A stretch of 64,000 bases of DNA from Squalus acanthias (Eukaryota). The notes beneath the pieces are model-generated. The model did no database searches and was not told the origin of the DNA. It saw only the letters and a program-made list of their open reading frames with translations. Below, in pieces: positions 10,271-21,243 of this stretch (position 1 is its first letter; every line of letters begins with the position of its first letter). A program made the translations under genes and the position numbers. The DNA is taken from the NCBI GenBank assembly GCA_030390025.1, contig CM059432.1, positions 99,264,001-99,328,000 of the forward strand, given 5' to 3'.

Positions 10271-12146
10271 CTATTTGTGCAGTTTCTTTCTCTTACGCGT
10301 GCTCATATGTGGTGCTTCCCCTGTGGCTTCAGCAGAAGTGGAGGCCCCCTGCTCAGTTTGTTGCTGCTCCTGTCTCGACTCCTTTGCCGGGCGTCCTCTG
10401 GGGTTGCGAAACTGCGAGGGCTCGGCAACAGTCTGCTGCTCCTGCGGCTGGGCAGGGGTTGAGACGCCGATCTCACTTGGGTGCGGATTCTGGTGGGGCT
10501 CTGACCAAGGACTTGTCAGTGGCATGGAAGTGTGAGCGCTTGGAGAGGAGCCCCCACCTCCTTGTTGTGTGCCACCAACATCCATCTCATGGGCCAGGTC
10601 CACCTCAGCGCTTGCAAGTGGCTTGAGAGCACTTTGCTGCACATCAGGGGGGCCATGGGGACCCATATCTGCACTGGAAGTCCTACTCAGAAAGACTTCC
10701 ATGAAGGTCTGGTTTCTCTGTTCAATAGATGACCATCGCTCCTCAAGAGATGCCAGTCTATTCTGAACAATGACCATGTTGTCTGCACTCTGGCGACTTA
10801 TCTCCTCCATAGCCGTAGCCTTCCTCTCCTCTACTGTAGCCATCCTTTCCACGGAGGTTGCCATCCTTTCCGTGGTGATGCGTTCATGCGCCAATGACTC
10901 CACAAAGGCTCTGCTCATGTTCGCTATGGACTCCTCCATTCGCTCCACACTCGCAGCGACCCTGGAGACAAAACCTGTCAGAGACTCCTGCATCTGTTCC
11001 TGGAGTCCCAGCACCGCTGATCTTATGGATGGACCCAGAGGCAGAGGATCGACATGCAGCTGAGCCGAGCTGGCAGAGTCCTGCGCCCTCCGACTAGGAC
11101 TCTCCACTGCTGTCCCTGTCTCCACCATCTGCTGATGCTCACTTGTGAGCTGTGATAAACCAGGTGACAACACTACTCTATGTCCCAAGGGTCCCACCGA
11201 GGTGTGAGTGTCTGCGCTGGTGCTGGGTGTGCTGAGTTCTGCTGACGCTGCGCCCTCAGAGGTTGCAGCTTCCTCTGAGGAGTCTGTCTGCTCAGGCTCT
11301 TCCTCCTGGCTAGTGGGGACGGGTGCTTGCGATGGTCCTGTGGGGGAGTAAAGGAAAGAGTCAGAGATGTGATGCCAAGGTTACATGCACATTGCATATT
11401 GCAGATGATCATAAATCCATGATGCACCCGTCTGTCCGTCCCCCACTTGCGTATCCTCCTCTACGTCCACGATCTCCAGGACCGCATCCTCCCAGGGGAT
11501 GAGCTGGGCTAATGAGGGTAGCCCTCCTCCTGTCCTGGCTCTTTCCCTTTAATTGTGAGCTCTCTTTTCCTGCAATGAGGGAGACAAGTGGAGTTTGAGT
11601 GAGATTGAAGCAGTGAGTGTAAAGAGTCCATAGCATAGATGCTTAGAAGGAGACAAAGATGGATTGAGGTAGCGAGACCAAGGGCCCTCCCTGTGTGTTG
11701 TAAATTGTTTTCAAAGCATGACAGTGATAGGTAGTGTGAGGGCTGCATAGTCGAATAGTAAGGTGAATGTGACCATAGAGGGAGAGGGAATGGGTAAGGG
11801 TGCATGGATGTCAGTGTCAAGTGGGATATGGAGGAAGAGGTTGCTAAAGCTGAGTGCTGGTGAGGAGAGGCAATGGGGATCAGATTGAAGGGAAAGTCAT
11901 ACTCACTTTAGCAGTACGTAGAAGGTCATGAAACCTCTTCCTGCACTGGATCCAGGTTCTGCAGGTGAATGATAAGGAGGTGACCTCCTGGGCGATCTGG
12001 ACCCACACAGCCTTGGTCTGCTGGGGAGGCTTCTTCCTCCCTGAGGAGGGGAAGAGCACCTCCCTGTTGGCTCTTGCTCCATCCACCAAAGCCTGCAGGG
12101 CAACGTCATGGAACCTGGGAGCAGACCTGGGCCGTTGGCTGGCCAT
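10271..12146 (-). pseudogene. Harbinger ORF2, Myb/SANT-like DNA-binding protein, 3 exons (12146-11907, 11569-~11428, 11337-10271)
   Basis: Exon 1 MASQRPRSAPRFHD..WVQIA..RTWIQCRKRFHDL|gtgagt; exon 2 EKRAHN*RERARTGGG (one stop; donor is a weak GT); exon 3 joins in phase 1 to the 308-aa ORF, which has a coiled-coil-like middle and a basic C-terminus RKRKK. Confidence 0.85.
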
Positions 12147-12655
12147 TCCTGCTGCAGTTGCCTTTAGAATAGAGGTCCAAAAGCTTGGCAGCCTGCAAAG
12201 GAAGCAAGGCTTGTTGCAGACCTTAAATGCAGCAGCAATGATGACGTCATCGGAGGCAACTTTCAGACTGGAATAACTCATTGGCCATGGGTTCCCACAT
12301 GTTGGAACTCAATTGGCCAATTAAGTTAAAATCGCATCATTCATCCACATTAATCTGGAGTCGGGTGGGCAACACGAAATGCGGGTAACATGACCCCAAC
12401 CTGCCCCAGTATCAAAATCCAGCCCAGTGTATTTGTGAAAATCCAAATTATGAATAAGTAGTGAGTAGATATAAGAAAATTAAGCATTTGTAAATGTTTC
12501 GCGCATTTGTTTGTCAGGTTTTAAACATTTATTTCATATTTGCTTATATTACAAATGCAGAGCACCAATAAACAGATTATTTATTCCAGTTTATTATTCA
12601 ATCATGTTTACATTTCACAACAATGCAAAACACTTGTTTTCTTTTCTCTCTCCAG

Positions 12656-12770
12656 GCTACATGTTATGTGACTGTCTTGTTCATTATCAGCAAAAAACCA
12701 AAAATGTCAAACAATTGAGATAACTATTAAACCTCATTGAGACCTTGATATGACTCTCAAATCAATTCAG
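12656..12770 (+). other. Possible non-coding exon (strong acceptor)
   Basis: Acceptor ttttcttttctctctccag and possible donor cag|gtttgg; all three frames contain stops. Confidence 0.15.
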
Positions 12771-13092
12771 GTTTGGAGATTGCTTGGAAAATAAATGACA
12801 TGCATGTGCAAAGGGCGACAGTGGGCACTTTTTTCTGCTGCCATTCATTTCGCACCAACCTGATGGTTTGTTGGCAAAGCAATATACAGGAAACTCTTTG
12901 GTATCCGGCACCGACGGGACCGGGGTGGTGCCGGTTGAATAAAAATTCCGGATGACGGAGGGTGTTATCTACCGAGGCTATTTTTAACAAACAAAGATAA
13001 AAAAATCAAGAAATGTGCAGTATACAGTAATTGGGTACTCACCTACAGAATGTTGTGTTAAATGGATGGTGGAAGATGCTTGATTAAGTACA

Positions 13093-13249
13093 AAAATGAG
13101 AAGTCGCACAACACCAGGTTATAATCCAACAGATTTATTTAAAATTACAAGCTTTTGGAGCTGTCGCCCCTTCGTCAGGTAAAGGTACAAGGTGTTGTGC
13201 GACTTCTCATTTTTGTCCACCCCAGTCCAACATCGGCATCTCCGCATCA
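13093..13249. mobile_element. Short Penelope-like remnant with inverted structure
   Basis: 26-bp inverted repeat (13090-13115 vs 13191-13216), 12-bp flanking duplication TGATTAAGTACA, degenerate hammerhead core on minus strand (CTGACGA..AAAAG, 13150-13180). Confidence 0.65.
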
Positions 13250-13358
13250 TGATTAAGTACAGTACTGCCAGTTGAGGGTAATCCATAACTCTTTAATTAC
13301 TTAACAGTAAAACAAAACTTATAAACGACTGTATACAGTACTGTAGTTGACTGTACAC

Positions 13359-15114
13359 TTATTCCAAGTCAGCTGGTTCATCAGGAATATCCATGCCAGC
13401 TGGGTCATCAGGATCATGCACTTCAACAGATTCTACAGGCACTTCCGCTGCTTCAACTCTTTTGGAAGCTTTCTTAAACATGTCCCGGATGTCTGCTTGC
13501 TTAGTGGACTCTGGCCTTTTCTGTAGAAAGGTGGAGTGCAGAATATGGAGGTGCATAACTTCTTGGGCAGAGTAGCAAGGCTGCCTTTCAGCAAATTGGA
13601 GGATTGAAGCAAATCCTTCTGCAGCTTTAGCCCAAGAAATCTTCTTCTCTTCAGAAATCTCATCCTCTTCACTTTCCATCTCACTTTCCTTTTCTTTCTT
13701 TGGATTCAAAACATTCTCAATTATTTCATCATCACTTAGCATATGCACAACACCGACTTCTCTATCTGCATCAGCCCACTGCTCGATATTACTTTCACTG
13801 AGGTGACGTAGAGGGTTTGCTGGGCCTACATTTTTCACCATGCCAGCCATTTCCATTATTGTACTCTTCTTGGGACGAACATTGAACCCATGAAATTCCT
13901 CCTCTGAAGAAGAACCTTCAGCAAAAATTACAGAAGGCGACAATTTGCGCCAGGCTTGCCTCAGAGTGTGACCTTTCACCAAGTTCCAGGAACATGCAAC
14001 ATTATAGATGGCATCTTTAATATTGTATTCCTTCTGAAATGCGTGAATATTGTCATCTTGGTTTATCAGTTTACGTAGGAAGTCTTTCTTGTAATGACAC
14101 TTCAGATTTTAGATAATGCCCTGGTCCATGGGTTGTATGAGAGAAGTTACATTTGGTGGCAAATAAATGGTGAAAATATTTCCCGAAACCAACTCGGATT
14201 CATGCGGATGGGCTCAACAATTATCAAGCAATAAAATGCATTTGCTATCTTCAGGTTACCCTATTTTACGGAAATGTTCCCTCACAGATGAAACAAAAAT
14301 ATGATGGAACCAATCGGAGAAGATTTCCTTATCCATCCAAGCATTTTTTGAGCTTTGTACTCAACAGGTAAGTGCCTCACATTTTTAAATGCACGGGGAT
14401 TTTTATACTTCCCAATAACAAGAACTTTAACCCGATGTGATCCAGCAGCGTTCGCACATGTTAGCACGGTTACACGATCTTTATTTTTCTTGTAACCTGA
14501 AGCATTAGCCTCACTAGCCCCAGCAAGCGTTGATTCTGGCAAAAACCTCCAAAATAAGCCAGTTTCATCGGCATTATATATCTGTGCTGGCGACAAATCA
14601 TGTTGCTGCACAATCCGATTGAAATAATCGCAGTATTCTTCTGCGGCGTCGTGATCAGCTGATTTCTTCTCCCCGGAAATATCGAGTCGTCGTATCCCGT
14701 GCCGTAACTTGAAGCACGTTAGCCATCCCTCGGAGAAAGCACACTTGTCAGTGAGCTCCATCCTTACGTAGAAATCCTTCGCTTTCTCGATTAGCATGGG
14801 TCCGGAAAGTGGAACACCCTCTGAACGCTTAGAGAAAACCATTCATAAAGCACGGTATCCAGCTCTTCAAGCTTAGGCTTACGAAGCGTACGCCGTTTCT
14901 CTACACTCTTAGATGTCTCCAAGCTTGAATAAAACTTGAGCAGCTTATCCTTCTGCGATTTGATGTCGTAGATTGTTGACGAACCGATTTTGAATTCATT
15001 CATAATGTTGATACGCTTCTCTCCCCTTTCTAGTCGTTGGCATATCTCGATTTTCTGTTTTAAAGTTAACACCACTCTCTTCCTTTTGCTTGGACCAACT
15101 TTTGGGAATTCCAT
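13359..15114 (-). pseudogene. Tigger/Jerky-like transposase (HTH domains plus DDD core), frameshifted
   Basis: [60 protein letters not shown] spread over several frames. Confidence 0.92.
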
Positions 15115-15876
15115 AATGCAAGATGGGGGAGATAATTCACGATAAAGATGGAGAGACACACAGAAAAATGGTGGATTGGAAGAGACTACCAGCAGCGCAG
15201 GAGACACACAGTAAAATGGCGGATCAGAAGAGACTACCGGCAGCGCGGGAGAATCAGACTCCTGTTATTGCAGTGTTCGGACTTCCGACAGCGCCAGGAA
15301 GCTGAGTAGTGGCACTTTGGCGAACTTCCCCCACTGACTAACTCGGCGTTCGTGGGAGACTCGGACTCGGACTCGGCAACATTGCCGGTTATTGAATTGT
15401 TTTCGGAGTATGAATTTTGCCGGTTAATAGAGAATTCCAGATATTTAGGTTCCATTTAAACGAGAGTTTCCTGTAGAAGGTTTTCCCCAAGACTTTTGAT
15501 TTTTCAAAAAACATTGGGGGAGAAATTCAGTATCGCCCCGTTCGGGGCGCAATTATCGGCCGGGCACAAAGTTTAGTGCCTGGCGCTAATTATCGCCTCC
15601 GACTGCAAACTTGGCTTCTATTGCCCCTGGAGTTGATTGGAGCGCTAAATCAGGCGCTGCACACCTGTCTTAAGGCGCAAAGGCCGAGGTGCGAGGCGCT
15701 AACTCAGAGCGCAGGCGCAGCGCATGTGATGTCAGTCAGCAATGGAACACAGACACACTGGCGCCGGCCAGTTCTTAAAGGGGAGGGTCGATCTTGCTCT
15801 CCAGCCACACCCTGCTCATTGGAGCCTTGAATCTCGGCCTGGAGAGACCTGTGACTACATTTTCCAGCCAAGTACT

Positions 15877-17622
15877 ATGGAGAGAGTGAGAGAATGAGCT
15901 CAGCACTTCAGTGAGCGGGCCTTGGAGGCTCTGGTTGGCGCGGTGGAGCGCAGAAGATCTATACTCTACCCTGAGAGTGGCAGGAGGCCTTTGTCGAGCG
16001 ACTACAGAAGAGTATGGAGGGAGGTGGCTCAGCACGTCTCCTGTAGGAGCATGGTGCCCAGGACCCATACTCAATGTCGCAAAAAGTTCAACGACCTCAC
16101 TCAGGTCGTCAGGGTGAGTGGCTTTTTTTCAATACCTCTCCATCCCTCCATTTCAACCTCACTCTATGGCCAGCAGGTCTTAAAACCCCAATGGCCAACA
16201 CTCATCCAACACCTATGGCCCTCTCATGAAACACACACGCACATTCCACAGTAAGGGCTATTCAACTATGGGAGGCACACCAGGCAAGACCATGGCTGTA
16301 TATTTACTCAGACGCCATCCTTTTTCTTGCAGGCCAAGCTATCTCATAATAGGAGACAGCACAGTGGAATGTGGCCTCAGCTGCAACCCCTCAGTGATCT
16401 TGAAGCGAGCGTCCACAGGATTGTGGCAAGCCAGGTGATCGGTCCCGTCGCCCCTGGAGAGGCTGACCCCGTTCGGGACAGCAATGGTAAGGTCATCAGC
16501 TTTCTCTCCTCTCTCATTCCACTTGTCCCTCACAACAGCAGCTTTTGACACTTTCAATCCAAATTACTAAATCGCTGCACTCCTTCCTCCCTTACTGCCC
16601 CGCTGTCCTCATGCTAAAGCCACTCTTGTACCTCCCTGCTTTCAGATGGTGATTCACCAGCTGAGGAGGTGGGCCCTCAAGCTGCCAGTGGGAGCGAAGC
16701 CGCAGGCGAGGAGGAAGAGGAAGCCGGAGCATCAGCGCCACCCTCTCCTGAGGAAGTCCATGGCCACACTGGGAACACGTCTTCCCTGGAGGGGAGCAGG
16801 GGGAAAGGGTCTGTTGAGGGTGAAGCTCTGGGACCCAGCGGGCTGCAGCAACACGATGTGGCTAGGGAAGCTCGGGGGCCTTCTCCCCGGAGGGAGAGTA
16901 GACCAGCAAGTCCTGCTGCACTGGACGCAGAGGAGGAGCGGCTCATCGCTGAAATGAACACCCAGGCGGTGGACATGCACACTCAGCTCATGGGTGCAGT
17001 GGGAAGGGTGCCCGAAAGCATTGATGCACTGGCAAGGATTGTGGAGCACTACGCTGTAGCACAGGCGGATGCCACGCAAATGCTTAGTGCTGCAATTCAG
17101 TCATTGGCTGTCATGATCCAATCTCAGACTGGTCTCATGCAGACTCAGATTGAGGCCACACAAACACTGACTGCTGCCATTGTCGCTGGTTCGGACACAT
17201 TTCCCTGGGGCTCTCACCGCACCACAGCTGGCCAGCAATCTGTGCTCCAGCAGATTGCTCCGGATGCTGAGGTGCTGCCCCGTGGGAGTGCCAGTATGTC
17301 GGTCGAGCAGGGAGTTGCTGTCCTCTCTCAAGAGGACAGCATTCCTGCTGCCACCACTGTCACTTCCCCATTGCACTTGCCACTGCCTGTAGCCCATACT
17401 GCTGCCGCCCATGCAGAGTTGGTGCAGTCTGCAGCCGGGCCCTCCAGGCCCAGAGCTGGTCGAGGCCGTCCTTCAAGGGCATCTGCAGTCTCAGGTTCTG
17501 ACAATCAGCAGCCTTCCACCAGCTTTGCTGCAGCCAATGGGGCCCCATTATGGAGGAGCAATAGGGTGGGAAGGGGGGAAGTGCGCAAGGGAAGGAGATC
17601 ACCCTCGAAGGGCAAAAAGTAG
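15877..17622 (+). pseudogene. Harbinger ORF2, Myb/SANT-like protein, 3 exons (15877-16113, 16333-16486, 16646-17622)
   Basis: MERVRE*AQHFSERALEALV..WREVA..RTHTQCRKKFNDL|gtgagt; canonical GT-AG introns in phases 0 and 1 give one continuous frame; the only lesion seen is TGA at codon 7. Confidence 0.88.
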
Positions 17623-17932
17623 GAGGTGTGACGAAATGTTGGTAAATTTTTTATTAAAGGCCGAGGTTCATGTTCAAACTTTTGTTTAATGTTTTGGACA
17701 TTATCTCCAGGTTGTGAGAACCAGTTATGTTAATGAATGATTTTTTGTGTGTTTTTCTATTAGTTTGTCCTGAAGAAATGACACACAGAGAGTTTGTAAA
17801 ATAAAAAAAATTTTTTTTCAAAATATACAGGTTGGGCCTTTGGAATCATTGCTGCCTTGGCTGGCTTTGGGGTTGCGGGTTGCTTTCATTCATGTTGTTC
17901 TCCATGCCAGAAGCCATTTCCTCAGTAGGGGC

Positions 17933-19060
17933 CTAGAAGCGGCTTGTTATCAGCCGTTGATGGACGGCCCTTGCAGTTTCAACATTGTGGGCCTCCCTCC
18001 CGCCTTGGTGGTGCTGATGATCATCCTCCTCCTCTTCCTCCTCCTCTTCCTCCTCCTCCTCCGGTGGTGCTCCAAGGGCTGGTGGCATTGGCTGGGTCCT
18101 GAGGATTGCCAGCTTATTCAGCATGCAGCAAACAACTATGAAGAGAGAGACTTGCTCAGGCGAATACTGCAGGGCTCCTCCTGAGTGGTCCAGACAGCGG
18201 AACCATTGCTTGAGCATGCCGATCATCTGCTCAACGATGTTCCTGGTAGCTAGATGGCTCTCGTTGTACCGCAGCTCAGCGGGGTGTTGGGGTTACGGAG
18301 CAGTGTCATCAGCCAGGTGCACAGTGGATAACGCTTGTCCCCGAGGAGCCAACCACTTGGCTGCTGCGGTGCCTGGAAAAGTTCTGCACAGCAGTCTGGT
18401 GCAGGATGAAAGCATTGTGGCTGCTGCCAGGATAGCGGGCATTGACAGCGAGTATCAGCCATCTGTGGTCACAGACCAACTGGTCGTTTAAGGAGTGGAA
18501 CCCCTTGCATTCTCATGCGGTGCACGCAATGCCACATGCGTGCAGTCAATGGCGCCCTACACCATGGGGAAGCCCGCTATCCTCGCAAAGCCCAATGCGC
18601 GTTCATGCTGTTTGGCCCGGGTCATCGGGAAACAGATGTACTGGCGTCTCCTTTTATAGAGGGCATTTGTGACCTGACAGATACAGCAATGTACCGCGAA
18701 CTGGGAGATATTGGCGATGTCCCCAGTAGCTGCTTGAAAGGAGCCGGTGGCATAGAAGTTCAGAGCCACTGTGACCTTCACTGCCACCGACAGAGACGTC
18801 CTGGTCCTTAGTTGAGGCTGCAGATCTGGCTGCAGCAGGTGGCAGAGCTCAGTGACCACCTCCTTGCTGAAGCGCAGCCTGCACAAACACTGCTCCTCAG
18901 ACAAATTAATGCAGGAGAACTGGGAGGGTAACGTCTCCTGTGCAGATCCCTGTTGGCCCTTCTCCGTCTGGCCATGATTGCCACTCTCTCTCTGCATCTC
19001 TGTTGCCTCTGATTCTGCAGGTGCAGGAAGACGCCCCGAATCAGTGCAGCCCCTACAGTC
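17933..19060 (-). pseudogene. Harbinger transposase, degraded
   Basis: LRFSKEVV.ELC, VALNFYATGSFQ, AGFP, GWLLGDK.YPL, IGMLKQWFRCLD, poly-E tail; several frameshifts and deletions. Confidence 0.9.
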
Positions 19061-20900
19061 TCTTGGCAATCAAAGTAATGAAGGTTAAATCCAAAAGTAC
19101 CTGCAAAGTGATGCTCAGTAGCCAAAACTACTTCACACAGTGTTGACTCTATGCAGAAGTCTCTCTATCTCTCTCTCAGAATCTCTCTCTCCGTCAGAAT
19201 GAGTGGTGCAAAAATGTCTACCACAGAAAAAGCCAGGAAGAGGGCGCTTTTAAATAACGCCCCCCCAGCCCCTCACCGACTGGGAAACTTTCCAGTTTTC
19301 CCTGTCATTGCTTGCGCCAGGCGGAAAGGAGGGGGGCGCCACTCAATATCAGGTCCGGGGCACCACCAGGGCGTTGCACGCTCAACTGATGTCACGATCA
19401 GTGGGCGCAGGAGATTGGGGCGCTAAACTTTTGCGCCGCCGTAAAAACTCTAGTCAATTTTGCGATCGGCGCAAACATCACTGCGCACGGGCACTAGTTG
19501 TTTTGCGCCCTATTAGCGCCCTCTTAGGGTGCTAACGGGAGGTGCAAGCCAACCGAATTTTTCCCACATTATCTATTTAATTTTAAATTGCCCCGATTTT
19601 GCTGTAGCAAGATATCTAACAGTGTCAGCCGTTAGTTAGATTTGCCCTTGTACATTTAGGCTTTTAAATTTTTTGTGTGGCAAGTTGCTGAAAGTGCGAG
19701 CTGATAATGTCGCAGCGAGGGAAACAGGCCATCTGGGACCTGAGTGAACGGGACAAGCAACTGTATATCGCCTTAACCAATCAGATTGAAGGATTGTGAA
19801 ATAAACAATGCAAGGACTGAGAAGGAAGTGTAAATTAGACTGGATGAATTCAATGCCAAATCAGGTACAGAAAGAGAAATAAAGAGAAAGAAAGATTGGA
19901 TTAAGAGAGAGAGAAAAAAGAGACAGAAAGGAAAAGTAAAAAAAATGCTTTAAATTTTAAATATGAGATTTTAAAAATCTCCGTAAACAATTAAGACATG
20001 AAGGAATAAGACTCCACACTTGTAATTTTACATAGGATTACATAGGATATACGGCACAGAAACAGGCCATTCGGCCCAAACAGTCCATGCTGGCGTTTAT
20101 GCTCCACACGAGCCTCCTCCCGTCTTTCCTCATCTAAATCTATCAGCATAACCCTCTATTTCCTTCTCCCTCATATGCTTGTCTAGCCTCCCCTTAAATG
20201 CAACTATACTATTCGCCTCAACTACTCCCTGTGGTAGCGAGTTCCACATTCTCACCACTCTTTGGGTAAAGAAGTTTCTTCTGAATTCCCTATTGGATTT
20301 CTTGGTGACTATCTTATATTGATGGCCTCCAGGTATGCTCGTCCCCACAAGTGGAAACATTCTCTCTGTATCCACTCTATCAAAGTTTTTCATAATTTTA
20401 AAGACCTTTCTTAGGTCACCCCTCAGCCTTCCTTTTTCAAGAGAAAAGAGACGCAGCCTGTTCATCCTTTCCTGATAGGTATACCCTCGCATTTCTGGTA
20501 TTATCCTTGTAAATCTTCTCTGCACCCTCTCCAGTGCCTCTATATCCTTTTATAATATGGTAACCAGAACTGTACACAGTACTCTAAGTGTGGTCTAACA
20601 AAGATTCGATACAAGTTTACCATAACTTTCCTACTTTTCAATTCTATGCCTGTAGAAACAAAACCCAGTGCTTGGTTTGCTTTTTTTATGGCCTTGCTAA
20701 CTTGTGTTGCAACTTTTAGTGATTGGTGTATTTGTACTCCTAGATCCCTTTGTTCCTCTACCCCATGTAGACTCGCACCCTCCAAGTAATAAGTGACCTC
20801 ATACAAAAAGAAAATACTGCAGATGCTGGAAATCTGAAATAAAAACAGAAAATGCTGGAGAAACTCAGCAGGGCAGGCAGCATCTGTGAAGAGAGAAACA

Positions 20901-20940
20901 GAGTTAACGTTTCAGGTCGATGACCTTTCGTCAGAACTGG
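20901..20940 (-). ncRNA. Minimal hammerhead ribozyme motif (pLTR copy 1)
   Basis: Minus strand CAGTT-CTGACGA-A-AGGTC-ATC-GACCT-GAAA-CGTTAACT: CUGANGA box, stem II, GAAA box and a short palindromic stem III. Confidence 0.8.
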
Positions 20941-21243
20941 AAAAAGCAGGAAATGGAACAGATTTTTAAGCAAGTGTAGAGGCTGGGAAAGGGGGGAGGG
21001 GATGAAAGAACAAAAGGGAAGGTCTGTGATAGGATAGAAGGTGCAAGAGGTTAAGAGACATTAATAGATATTCAAGGCAAAAGGAGATGGTAATGGAACA
21101 GGTTAAGAAACAAAGGATGGCTCTAGATGAAGTGTAAATTGCGCTGGCAGAATGAAAGACAGTTGCCATGTGGGGGAGAAGAAAAAAAGACAGACAAAGA
21201 GTGCGGATAAAAAATATATATATATATATGATAGGGGCCGAGG

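Larger units (their letters stand above)
8233..12425 (+). mobile_element. PIF/Harbinger DNA transposon, near complete (family H1)
   Basis: TIR GGGCTGGATTTT / AAAATCCAGCCC, 3-bp TSD AGT, DDE transposase on + and Myb/SANT-like gene on -. Confidence 0.95.
12887..15473 (-). mobile_element. Tigger/pogo (Tc1-mariner superfamily) DNA transposon
   Basis: TIR CAGGAAACTCT / AGAGTTTCCTG, TA TSD on both sides, transposase remnants. Confidence 0.93.
15516..19567 (-). mobile_element. PIF/Harbinger DNA transposon, near complete (family H2)
   Basis: TIR GGGGGAGAAATTC / GAATTTTTCCCAC, TSD ATT, Myb-like gene on + and degraded transposase on -. Confidence 0.93.

Noticed and set aside
13359..15114. Domesticated JRK/JRKL/TIGD gene
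   Set aside because: Frameshifts and stops, with intact TIRs and TA TSD.
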